From NCBI GenBank assembly GCA_964304625.1, contig OZ199839.1:11946479-12010478 (forward strand): a stretch of DNA of 64,000 nucleotides. The letters run 5' to 3'. The translations under genes and the position numbers were made by a program. The notes below the pieces were generated by a model that saw nothing but the letters and a program-made list of their open reading frames with translations, ran no database searches and was not told the origin of the DNA. This document shows, piece after piece, positions 13,150 through 25,798 of the stretch (positions within the stretch are counted from its first letter, which is position 1; every line of letters starts with the position of its first letter). Source of the DNA: Kudoa neothunni (Eukaryota; Animalia; Cnidaria).

Positions 13150-14163
13150 CAATTTTAGGGATAGCTACCGAATATCGTTAAATCCGCGCGAATGATTTCC
13201 CCAAGATTTGTTAATAATTTTTGCTTGCAATGAGGATAACTCTATCTGTTATCTTATCAATATTTGTATCTTTAAAGCGCCATCTAACTGTGTAAAATGT
13301 AATGGAATTAGCCATTCTATACATCGAAAAAATTGGCGATGCTGCTCCAAAATATGCAGAACAGAAACATCCATTTTTGAGTAGATATTTTTCAGTAATA
13401 TGAGAATTAAACTTCATGATTTTTTGGAGTTGTCATATTACTGGTTGGTGAGCGCAAAAAGCGTTAACCTGGACACAATTATCGGGCACTCTTATCAAAC
13501 AATTAAGAAATATTGTCGCTATCTTCGTCAGCTGGTAGCAGATAGTTTACGCTTTGAGGAAATAATTATTAAAGAAGAAAATATAATCGAAGACATTGAT
13601 GAGTCAAAATTTGGCAATGTGGAGCATAACGAACGGCATGGGTTCTTGGAGGTGTAGAAAGGACATCAGAAGGAAAGATATTTTTGGGGGAAATTCCTGA
13701 CAAAACCGCCGACACTCTTAAACAAAACGTTAAAACTTTCGTTTACCTGGTTTGATTATTATAACAGATTGCTTCAAAAGTTATGGAATACTAAATAATT
13801 TCTTCACTCATCTCCCCGTAAATCACAGTATAGAATATGTGGATAGTACCACAGAGGCTCATACAAATACCATGGACGGAACCTAGGATGCTATCAAATA
13901 GAAAATATCACCGAGGAACAGAACATCTTCGGTTAATGAAGATGTTTTTGTCAGTGTGGATGGATGGTATCAATCAATTTATTGGTGAATTTCAATGGGG
14001 ATGAAAATTCAATCTCGGTTTATGGGATGGTTTTATATCCTCGATAAAACAACTTTAATTTACTATCATTTAGATTTGTATTTGAATGTTTTTGGTAGTT
14101 TTTTTCTATTGCGCTAATCTTATGTTAATTTAATGTTAGGGGGGTTTATATAAAAGTTCAGCC
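13150..14163 (+). mobile_element. Merlin (IS1595-like) transposon, degenerate
   Basis: Motifs EDIDESKFG, IITDCFKSY and VNHSIEYVDSTTEAHTNT. The right end ...AGTTCAGCC resembles the TIR at 6249; the left boundary is uncertain. Confidence 0.85.
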
Positions 14164-14474
14164 TAATTTTTAATATAAACAAAAATTTCATAGTATTAAA
14201 TGAGTGTTGTTAAAATGGTCATTAATTAAGGCATTAACACCAGCTGTACCAACTGTTATCCCTATAATTGATAAGTAATAATAATTTTACATTAGCAATA
14301 ATTAGTTATCGAAATTTTTTTAACATTAATTTAATCAAAATTTTTTATTATTCAAATAACATAATAGGCCATTGAAACACATTTCTATACAGAACACACT
14401 AATACTACTATTAAAATAAATATTTCTAAATTACTACGTAACTTGGTTCTGTATGGAATATAATCGCACTACTA

Positions 14475-17400
14475 TCATGCTTTGACGTAAATATTTTCAC
14501 ATTTTTCATAAATTTCATTCTTTTTGACGCTTCTGTATCGTATTACAGCACCAGCGATTGCCATAGCCACCAAGGCTACTGCAGCACCTGCCACAATCAT
14601 CTTGAAATAATCTTTTGCTAATACATTATTAGACTCTCCTAATGCTGCAGCATTTTGATATGAATACGCTTGTTCATTTTCGATCTCAGTAGGGTCTTTA
14701 AAATCGTCGGTTACAGTTACCATTTCTGTGGTAGTTTCAGCTGTTTCAGCTGTTTTAGTAGATGATGGTTGCTGTCTAAATTTTTAACATAATCTTCGTC
14801 ATTTTTTATCGCTATATCAAGTTCTTCCTTAAACGTTTCGGTTTCTTTTGGGATAGTGGCTTTGATTTGACCGGTATATTCTATAATTTGAGTAGGATTT
14901 TTATTTTGATCGATGAAATTCTCTATTATTGAGATAAGTTCAGTGTATTGTATGTGCAATTCGCCAAACTTGTTATCATCAGTTTCGGAGTCAATTTTCT
15001 TTAATATAGATTGAATTTGTTTTATTAAGTCGGCAGATCTAGATTTTTTTTCGGAATATTCCTGTTCAAGGTCATTTTTTTGGTCAGTATAATGCGTTTT
15101 GGCTTCAGAAATGGTTTTTGAAACTTTTTCCAAATTCTCTTCAAATATATCGTTCAAAGTTCGTTTTTCAGCTTCCATTTCAGTAAATTTACTGCTCAGC
15201 ACCATAGGAATATCACTTCTATCATCGCCGGCTTTGGCTAAAATAGCCTCATGTGCTTTTTTGTATTCTTCAAACTTATTTAAAGTTGTAGACTTTTCAT
15301 TTTCTAATAATTTAGTCTGTGATTGACCATTAGTTGAAATTTCGGCTTGTTTTTCCTTTATCAAATCATTACTTTTTTTGTAATGAGACTCGATATCTTC
15401 CAAGAGGCTATTAAGCTTTCCTTTTTTTTCAGCGAGTTTTTTGTTAGCTTCATTAATTGTAGAGGCTGTTTCTTTCAGTGAATGCAGTTTCTTAAGGAAT
15501 GATTGAAGTTTAATTCTTTCGTTTGAAACGTTCCTGGTGTAATTTTCAACAAATTGTCTTTCAACGGCAATCTCACTATTCACGTTACTTTTTCATAGGT
15601 AGACAATTGTGCCAATTCCTTTTTCATTTTGTCGGTTGTAGCTTTGAATGAATCAAACTTTTCTTTCAAATCAACTTTCACTTGTTCAATTCCTTTCACA
15701 ACTTCATATTTGAAAGTGTAGATTTATCATTAATAAATGTGTTATATTTTTGAAGAAGGCTCATTATGCCACTCTTGGCGGTTTCCAAAATGTTGTTGCT
15801 CTTCTCATTTTCGGTAGAAATTGAAGGAAAATTCATTTTCATGATTCTTTATTTTATTATCTACTTCAATAACAGATTTATCACACTCGATATTCAGATC
15901 ATTCAATCTCGAAAATTTATTTTCCACTGAGAAATCTCCTTTCAAGTGTCGCACAATTATTGTACTATCGCTAATAGATTTAATCTCTGCTACCTTGTCG
16001 TTAGCTTCTTTGATGGTTTCTTTATAATAATCCTCCTCGTTTTTAAGACCAGTTGTTTGGGTTTTGAGTGTTTCTTTGTATTTTTTGAATAAATTGGTGA
16101 GGTCATGTTTGGTATTTGCGAAAGAAGTTTGATCCATGATTTCGACTGTTTTTAGTCCATACTCAAGAGATTCCACCATATTAGCATGCACATTTTCCAT
16201 ATTTTTGACTTCTATTTCGTAACCGGATTTCAAGGATTTCAATTTGTTAATTTCGTCAATTATACCAGAGATAATGAGTTTAACACTTTCATAGGATTCT
16301 TCGTAGGTTTTAATATCGTCTGATAGTTTGCCAACTTCCTTATTGAGATTTAAATTTAAACGTGATGTTTCTACATCTATTAATAACTTAAATTGATCAG
16401 GCGTAGTATCTTTACTAGTTGATATTCTCTTTTTTGCTTCTTCTATATTTTTATAATCTTGGGTTAATTTTTGAGCACGCTCATTGATACTATTCACAAG
16501 TACTTTATTATTGTTGATTTTGGATTGAACTTCAACAATTTTGGATATTAAATTAGTACTCTTTATCATAGTTTGGCTCAATTCACTTCCGGTAACGTCA
16601 ACCAAGTTAGAAAACAAGTCTGATAATTCATTAGCTTTACTTTTGAGAAATGAGGATTTATTTTCGGATATTGACAATTTGAAGTTATTATTATCTTCCC
16701 TCACTTTTTTTATGGTATTAGATGCTGTGGTCAAGCTGTCTCCAATTGATGTTAATTGGTTAATATCAACTTGGGATTCATATGAACCTAAATTTCTTAA
16801 CAAGTCCACCTTTCTACTTTCAATATCAATCAATTTGGTGGCAGGATTTTTAAAGGGTAGCATTTCATCTAATTTTCCCAGATTAAGTTTTTCTCGATAT
16901 TGTGGAATTTCTTCTTTTGTTATGTGTTCGATTTCAGATATTAACTTTTTGTAGGTATTTAAAGTATCTGTATTCTCAGTTTTCAGTTGGTTGAAAGTTA
17001 TTTGCCACTGTTCAACATTTTCCTTAACTTGAGTGTACAATTCTTCAACTTTTCCAAACTTAATTTTTAATGTTGTGTCAAATAATCGTCTTGTGTTCTC
17101 CAAAAATGTTTGAATTTTCTCGTTTAATATTTTACCGGAAAACATTCGACGTCTTAATCCGGATTTTGACGGGAGTTTGTCGATTTGTGATATAAAATAA
17201 TCGATTTTCTCTTTTATAGGTTTTATGCGGTTAATGGCATCAGAAGTGGCTTTAGGTAAATTGTCTATATTTTCTATTGTTATCTTAATTTTAGTTTTAA
17301 GTTCTTCAGTTTCGGAAATCTGATTTTTATACGATTCAAGCACTGCTTTTTAGTTCACCAATTTTTGTTGTCATTTTATTTGACAATTCTTGCGAGATAT

Positions 17401-18381
17401 AAGAAGCCGTTGATGACAAAACATTCTGTGTATTTGTTAGCGAACGTTGAATTTCATCTACTTTGTCGACCGATACGCTAATCATCTTCGAATTAAGTAG
17501 AATTGAAGTGAGCTTTTTAGAATCATTCAAATAACTTTCAAACAATTCTTGATTGTACTTTGTGATAAAATAGTTCATCTCAGATTTGATTTTTTCAAAG
17601 TATGGAACCATTGCATTTGTCATATTAGTATAGAAAGGAGTCATTTTATTGTCTCTGTCTTCAATTGACGCAATAAGCTCAACAGTGGGATCTTTCGGGC
17701 AGTGATATGTTTGAGCATAATAACTTTGTAGATTCTTTTCTAAAACGTGTATTTTTTGTATGGAATTTTGTAGGTTTGAAGTTGAATTTTGTATATTAAA
17801 CGTTGATTTATTGGATAGACAATAGTTATAATCCTCACGAGTTACTGTTGGACAAATTTGAGATCTGTATTTAAAAATAATTGAACTTTCTCAGAATATT
17901 TTAAAAAATTATTTATCAAGTAAAATAAATTCTTGACGCCTTTGAGACAATTGACGGCTCTTTCGCAACGATTTCGAGTATCAATATCCGTTTGCACTAT
18001 TGACCCGCCTTTAGTATATTGTTTAAATGGTTCTACTCCATAGATTTTAAACCAATGAATCCTCCAAAATTTGAATATATGAAGCATATCATGCAACATC
18101 TTCGTATTCATTATATCTTTGTGAGATTCATAATTTTTCTTGCTGTTTTGAAGGAAATTCAACCGTTGAATGCAACGTTGAGATAATGATGTTAATAATT
18201 CACGTTGTATAAGATAGTTATTCCTTGTTACGTTATAGTAATGACACGCACCGTGTCTATCACTATAGTCTATTAGAGGAGTAGTGGAATAAGATGACAA
18301 TGTCATCAACAACACGGAGTCTATGCAACTAATTAGTCAATCTAAATAATAATAGTTTTTACATATTAGTTGATTGAACAT
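14475..18381 (-). pseudogene. Orphan ~1,290-aa type-I membrane coiled-coil surface protein, interrupted by six frameshifts (pseudogene or indel errors)
   Basis: Exon 1 (18381-18363) and a 42-nt GT-AG intron (18362-18321) give the signal peptide MFNQLIYSVLLMTLSSYS. ORFs 17842-18315, 17336-17644, 15805-17343, 14717-15583 and 14475-14723 join by small indels near 17870, 17345, 15830, 15715, 15590 and 14775. K/E/N/I/L-rich heptad-like body, Thr-rich linker, TM MIVAGAAVALVAMAIAGAVI, basic stop-transfer RYR, short tail. Confidence 0.8.
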
Positions 18382-19125
18382 AGTCGAAAATTTTGTTATG
18401 GCTTCTGACTTTCCTTATCAGCAGTTTGTTAGATTAGTTTATTAGGTTATTACACAATCGTAAATATATACAAGAAATGTTTTAATCAGCTTATACAAAT
18501 TATATCTATAATAGGAGTCTGTATAGATAATTAATAATAGAAGAATGAATGCTATTCAATTTTAATAAAATGTATTGTAGTGCAATTTGTAAGTGTATTA
18601 CATTTAGGATATTTAATTGTTAGTTATTTATTTTTGTGGAATTATAATTTTCTTTAAATTTAATAGTTTTAAAAATTTTGATTTAATAAGTAATTATTAA
18701 TAGCATAACTTTTGTATTCTAAATATGAAAGTCACAGTCACAATTAATACCCGAAGGTTTTAGATTATTAAATTCCACGTGATCAAATATAATCAAATCA
18801 TCATCATCATCACCGATAATGCATTGTCTTTCTATTCATATTAAATTAAACTAAATGATCAAATAAAAACAAAATGAATAAATTCATCTCTATTTGATGG
18901 ATGGAATTATATAAAGATGGAGACATTCAATGAGAAGCATTTTTGACATTATCAATTAATTCATCACAAATACTTATCAAGAATTTTCATTATATGAGAT
19001 ATGAATGGACAAAAATGAATAAATGTATAAGTATATAAGTGTAATAGATAATTAATGATTATTTTTTTAATTTTTCCCAAAATTAAATTGCAGAACCTTC
19101 ATTGATACCATTAACCCCTTTAACG

Positions 19126-19350
19126 CAGGCGTTCTCAACCGGGGATAAATTTACCCTTGGGAGTAAAATATAAAAAGACAGGGGGTAAACTAAGTAACGT
19201 CAAAATTAGATGTATAAATTTTTGCATAATCGGTTTGGGATGCATGATATAATTCCTTAGGAATTATATTATGTGGGGATATTAAAATCAATAACAATCT
19301 GGGGGGAATTCTTTTAATGTTTTTAGGAATAAGTTTTTAACAGTTAATTA
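19126..19350. mobile_element. One end of a hAT-like MITE
   Basis: CAGGCGTTCTCAACCGG...TAAATTTACCCTTG matches the terminus of the element at 57618-58176. The other end is not found. Confidence 0.5.
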
Positions 19351-22300
19351 TAAAACTATAGCGACAAAGTCCCGCTTCGCGCAAACTTCCTTGCCCGGCC
19401 AAGTAGACTAAAGCCCTGAGTAGGTCATGGTCATGTCAGTTTAAAGTAAATTAAGAATATTTAGATAAATAATACAAACATGAGTCGTTATACCCGGCTA
19501 CGCTCGAGGTTTTGGGAATATCTAATTCAGGAAAAAATTGAAAAAAAAAATGATTTAAATTATATTTTTTAAAATAATAAACGTTTTCATTATGTTAATA
19601 GCACAAATATTTGTCGAAAATTTACTGCGCGAAATAAACAGCCATAAACGAAATATAACAAAATTTTACTTAATAATGTAATTAGTTTTTATATTTAAGA
19701 AGAAAAAGAAAAAAACCTAATACAAACAAATGAACCTCATTTCGTTTAAATCTCATCATCATTATTTGCTGCATCCGTGGTTTTAAGAAACCATGAAAAG
19801 CAAATAGAAATCAACGTATACGTGAGGAATTACACCGGAATACAACTATACAGTCAACGTATAAAGGGATATAGAATAAGAAATTGAATTCTCACTTGAA
19901 TTCTTTTAGGGGCCTGTTAGTTGAATCATACTTATAACAATGTGGTAGATTAAATTTTTTAACATTAAATCTTATAAACTCTTACCAGCGAAATTTCGTC
20001 AAACACTAAATTTTGAAAAAATGCAGACAAACAAATTCAAAATACTTCCACAAGCAATATTCAAAGATATAACAACATAATACAAAGTCACAAATAAAAC
20101 TAATGCGTTCAGTTAATCACGATTTATGGTTACTTTAAGATTTGAGGTCAAATTGTCCCTGGAATTGGATTGTAGTAGTCTTAAGAAGATAGCGAACCGA
20201 TATTTTACAAAATGTACTTCTTGGAAGATTTGCATATGCAAACTCAGAATTGATCAGCAACACGTTTCCAGAATAGATACAGATATGTATTTTTCTAACA
20301 TCCAAGATATGTTTAACAAGCAAAATAGCCAAACCTACCATTTTTAGATTGTTTGGAAATCCACCCAATTTCTCATCCTATTTCAATGAAAGATACTAAT
20401 GGCATTCTTAAGAAAATAGAGGTTGATATAACACTTCAAGTCACTATTAATGGTCCCCATAAAGTTAGATCAGCGGCGTGAAGTATTAGACATTTTTTTG
20501 TAAAATTAACGCAACACACTTCAAACAATAATCGAAGCACAATAATCGCATAACCTACTGCAACACCCAAAATTAAATGTCGGGGATGATGAATGTTATC
20601 AGTTTTGCACTCCAAAAGTTGGCAAACAAAAGTGTGTCGTGTAAAGTTTCTACTTATATCGCTTAATGATGATACAATAATGTTCCACATAACATGGTAG
20701 ATATATTCCGAAAAATAAAATCAAAGAAACATTGTTTCATATAAATAAATTTGAATGAAATTTATATAAAAACTGAATTTAAATAGGCGAGTAAGATCCA
20801 TAAAGATAAGAAAATGATAGCATAGCCAGTTACCGTAATATCTCCCTATAAACTATATTTTTGGTCCGACCATTCATTTGGAGAAAAACTGTATAAATTG
20901 TGTTTGGAACCTACCCTGGAGTTGGCGACATACAACTGCTCATGAGAAAAACGCGGTTCCTCCAAATTTAAATTGGCAACTTTGAAGGTTTGCTCTTGGG
21001 CCTTATTTACGAACATTGCAAAGCATGGTTTGATGGGAAATAGCAGTCTTCTAAAATTAAAGGTGGCGTCTGAAGGGGCAATCGGAATATTTACATTCTC
21101 TTAGGCACAACCAGTTACGATAGTGGCCAAAATAAGATAAGACATTAGCGACTTTACCATTAAACGAGTGCCGTAACACAACCTTGGTGAATCCAAACTT
21201 CTTATCAATATAATTGGAATGGCTAACTTTAGAAGAATCTTGTGCGAAGGAACCCCCGAAAGCTCTAGAGTCTAGACTGTTGAGGAATTCAACAGGGAAA
21301 TTGACACACTGATATTTGTTCACAACAGTGACATATGGTTTATACACTGAAGAGTCGCCTGGAATAAGACGAATCAATCTATCATTGATTTTGTTTACGG
21401 AATGGTTTGTGGGGGTTTAGATAGTTCGTTCTGAGAGCCAATTTGAGTATGAAAAGTTTGTTTGTATTTCTAGTAAAATACGGTCTATCAATTCATCCAT
21501 GAACAAAACCAGGTTTGGCACGGAGCATAGAGGATACATCCATCGGACTCAATGGTAAGTTGATCATCACCAATCCGTAGTATTTCTGAAATAGATTGAC
21601 TGGCTCCTTATTCGTTGATGATTTGCACTCAAATATTGGCGGTGAGATGGATGGTTTAACGTTTGCCCATGTGGAAGAGAACTTTATGGAACATTTTACT
21701 TGGTCATATCTTGTACCTCTCGTTATTAAGGGTAGAGTTTAACTAAAATCGCCAGACAAAATCATTGTGATTCCGCCAAATGGAATGTTTTTGTATGTTA
21801 AATCCCTTATTCTTCTATTTAAAGCTACGAAAAACACTCTGTTTGCCAACGTGCATTCATCCCATATGATGATCGTGCATCTGGTCAACAATTGGGACAA
21901 ACCTGCCTCCTTGCTGATTGCACATACTTCGGCTCCATCACCCTTAATCGTGATTAGCAACATAAATATACTGTGGGCCGTGCCATTCCCTGGTAATAAA
22001 GTGGCTGCAATACCCGGAGAAGCAACAACGAGAAAATTTTAGAATCTATTCTTAATTCGGCAAATAAATGGTTTGACACTAATGTCTGACCTATACTACC
22101 TGGTGCACCAAAAAAAAAACGTTACAAACACCTATATTGTAATAAATGCTCCCCAACACTGTTTTGAATGCAAATCGTCGGTCAGTTGTCAGTTTCGTCT
22201 TGTTTATTTCTACAAACTCGGATAATTGTTCAGTGTTGTAGGTTAATTCTCTCTGGATTTCGTTTGGAAGAGAGGCGCAAAACGTTTTGTCCAAATGAGG

Positions 22301-23731
22301 AAATCCGTATGAATTTAACATTACTCCATCCATTTGAATTAAGTGTTGTCTGTGTCAATTAGGGTCATGTTAAAAATGTCAGAATTAAAAATCACGTTTG
22401 GCATTAAACTGGTTTGTTACAGTTGATACCGCTAACCTTCCGACATAGGTTTCCTAAAAAGTAACCACAGTTTATGAAGCTGGCGCATTTCGCAATTTCT
22501 GATCAACTGTGCGAATAATTTTCGTAATTGACGTGGACTGTTTGCATGAGCAGCTTCCCTTAATATACATTCTCAGTGGTTGTCTCCCTTCAACAAATCA
22601 CTTTCATTGCACGCTTCAAGGAATATTGGATATACCTGGCCGTGAACCTTTTTATGATTTTCAAAAGTTTTAGGCCCATTTACACAATGGAGCAACATCC
22701 TCAAATAAAAACATTCTTGATGTGAAAGATGTACACTGTAAACTCTTCCTATTGTAGAGTCGAATCGTATGCCTGGATGGCCTTCAACTGGACATCCTCT
22801 TTTCCCAATGCCAACTATTATCCGACCATATGTAATAAGATGAGACAGAGCGAATTCGTCATTCTGGCATAGGCTGAAAAAGCGGTTAATCTCGTGTCCC
22901 TTTGGATTTTGTAACCGATTCAACAAAGTTTCGTCGGTGAAATAAATACGCTGACCGTTCTCCGAAATCCCTCACTACTGCTTATGTAGCGACCAGGCTG
23001 GTAATTGGAAACTTCATCCAAACGATCTTCTTGATTAGCAGCAAACATGGTCGCATCAAAACCTTTGTTTACATACTTGCATATATATTTGGGGGTCTTG
23101 ACTGAATTGTAATACTCTACATTAATATGAGTATTGAAAATCTTCGTCAACAAAGGACAATAGGGAACAATCCACTTATTTTCTATGATGATTTCCCTAT
23201 CGTTGTTCAGATGGATTGACGCACCAAAACCCCATCTTCAGGTTTTCTTCTGTAAACATGATATCTATCAGTATTCGTCTGGGATAGTTTTTGGTGCATT
23301 CTCTCTGATCATACATGTATGGGCTTTTTGGATTCAACGCACCACAGAGACCATGGTTGTTCTTACAATCTGGAGCAATACTGGATCTACACCTGGGTCT
23401 GGTAATTCGTTCGATATGAATTTGTCGATATCATTGGAACGCAGTTTCTAGTTCATCTAGACCAATATATGAGCGTGTGGAAGCCCTCTTTTCTGTCACT
23501 CAATACTATACATATAACACTGAATTTCACCATAAAACTTCAATTTATGAATTAAAATCATCAAAACATTTAACTTCAAGTTGAATACTCTATCTACTAT
23601 GTCCAGTCTCTCTTTAGATGCTTGGCCAGGAAATAACTCTTCATTCAGTTAGCTCCAAAATGGATTAGATTACATGTGAATGTTATAAATAGGTCTGGCC
23701 CTCTAAAACATCGAACGTAGGTCATGGCAAG

Positions 23732-24114
23732 TGTCATGTACATAATCTCTTCTTTTAACAACGTTAAGTATTATAACCTCCTCCCAGCTCCAAAGTACAA
23801 CACTTAACTTTTTCCTAGCAACCGACTAATGTGATTCATAATCATCGTAAATGATTCTTCCCAATATTCAACAAATAGAAATACTCATTCCTTAACATCC
23901 ATTTCATAACCTTATCCTACAAGACGCCGGTAAATGAATATCTCCAAACATCACGTATTCCACGACGAGTTCACGCCACAACGCGGGTTGCTTCAATACA
24001 AAAATGTAGCATTTAAACATTGTAGTAATTTATCATTAGTCTAATCCCCTTTGTTGTTTTACTTTCAAACTGTTTTCTTTTACTGGCGCTAGCATTCATA
24101 ACTTAGTTACAACA
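23732..24114. mobile_element. Solo LTR inserted in the Helitron Rep coding region
   Basis: 383-bp TG...CA insertion that is absent from Helitron copy 1 (empty site CAGCTTGTCATGACC at ~5211). Flanked by a degenerate 5-bp TSD GCAAG/ACAGG (ancestral ACAAG). Confidence 0.8.
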
Positions 24115-25668
24115 ACAGGCTGCATTTTCACGTTCATATAGCATGGTGAACCTACAAAAGTCGATGGCAAAGTATACAACCGTCCCCGCCCATTTATTTC
24201 ACCGTTGCTACTAATGCTATCAATTAAATTGATGTAAGAATCAACACGAAGTCTATATTGTTTCGCTCTGATAAAACAAAGTCTCTCTGATTCCATCTTC
24301 ACAAACATATCTACAGCATATTGTTGGAATAATGTCCAAAAGTGATGAAGCATGTTAAAACTATTTTCCCCTTCCATAAAATGTAGAGAATAGAAATTCT
24401 GACATGAAACACTTTTGTTTGCGTCAATCTGTAGAATATGAAAATGGTAACCATCTTGATCATAGACATTAGTTAATGGATATTGCAAAACATAATGCGA
24501 TCTGTATGTTTCGCTTATTCTTTATATTCTGTTATCCTTATTCCTCAAAACAATATCCTTCGTCAATGCTGCTCATCCGTCATTGCGATGGCCACCTCAT
24601 TTCAAGTTGGAGAGTTGTATTTTCTCTCATTTTCTCCTTGTAGAAGCTTGTCAGAGTTTATAATTATATCAAAATCAGAAGACGGGTGCATTTCTAAGTC
24701 ATGCCTAAAACTGTGGATGTAGCTAGTGTGTCTGTGTAACATACATATCTTGAAGCGCTAAAATAATATTATGCCTATGCTAGAGATACATGTTGGATCG
24801 ATTTTGAGCTTGAAAATACATGTTTTGTATGAAATATAATCTCAAGAATTTCGTTGCTCATTTTCAGAAGTCAATAGCGATTCAATTCGATGACACATTC
24901 GACCGTGAACCTTAAAAGTAAAGTAGGCATGAATCTGTCCCTACAAATTACGTTCGCTCCAAAAGATGTCATCTGGAAAGTGCAGTTGTATTTTCGGATA
25001 TTTTGTAGCAAGTTTCTTGAAATTCCGGAGTCTTTATAGAAAATGAGATGAATCAGGTAGTGTATCAAAAATAACATTACCGCCGGAACAACACATACCC
25101 GAAAATTCGTTTATCCACTTCTTAGCGCGGCATTTTGGACAAATTTTCGACATTTTCCAAATTGTAATATTCGTTTCATTTTCATGTTGTAGCAACGTTC
25201 GTAATGCAAAGCGACCATATTCCAAGTATCATCAGGCATACTTCGCGTTTGTTGACCTAATAGAACAGGAGTGTAATAAGGTTCAGGTACAAATTTACTG
25301 TCTAATCCTGTGTTGTGTTCATTTATAGGTGACACTGCAGGACTCTGTTGAGTCGTCTCACATACACGTCGATTTCTATTTCTTACTCTATTTGCTTCTC
25401 GTCTTCGTTCTCTTTGCTCGTCGGCAATTACGTTGTGAGTGTTGGTGTGACTCCTGAGAAGAAATAGAAGCAAGTGGATTTCGATTTGAAATATGCATTC
25501 ACTGTGATTCTAAATCACACTCAGGCCATATTGTTGTTTCCACAACTCTCCTCTCTTGTATTCGCCTAGTTCGTCGTAGCGATGAATGATTCGATGAATT
25601 GTGCATACATATTGTCCGTCCATGTGAACAGTCTAATCGAAAGCAGGGTTGAGTGTGCGATATCTTGG

Positions 25669-25798
25669 TGTTATTAATTTGATGTAGCGCTGTAGAAAAA
25701 CACACTGTTTATGATGATAACGGATAAAATGCCGCTTAGATGGATTATCCATTGTTTATTATATTGCAATGTTAAATAACATATGCAAATCCGTCACA
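25669..25798 (-). repeat. BEL/Pao 3' LTR
   Basis: TG...CA, 130 bp, adjacent to the PPT. Confidence 0.95.

Noticed and set aside
15099-16954. Plus-strand ORFs 15099-15326 and 16541-16954
   Set aside because: Antisense shadows of the K/E-rich coiled-coil gene (S/F/L-rich). The same applies to many short ORFs opposite TE genes.
15805-17343. SMC, myosin or Rad50 call for the coiled-coil ORF
   Set aside because: No Walker or motor motifs; the signal peptide and C-terminal TM indicate an extracellular stalk.
17860-17940. Intron explanation for the first frameshift in the surface-protein gene
   Set aside because: The 22-nt GT-AG candidate leads to a stop, and the only in-frame alternative needs a weak GC donor. 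A 1-nt indel is simpler.
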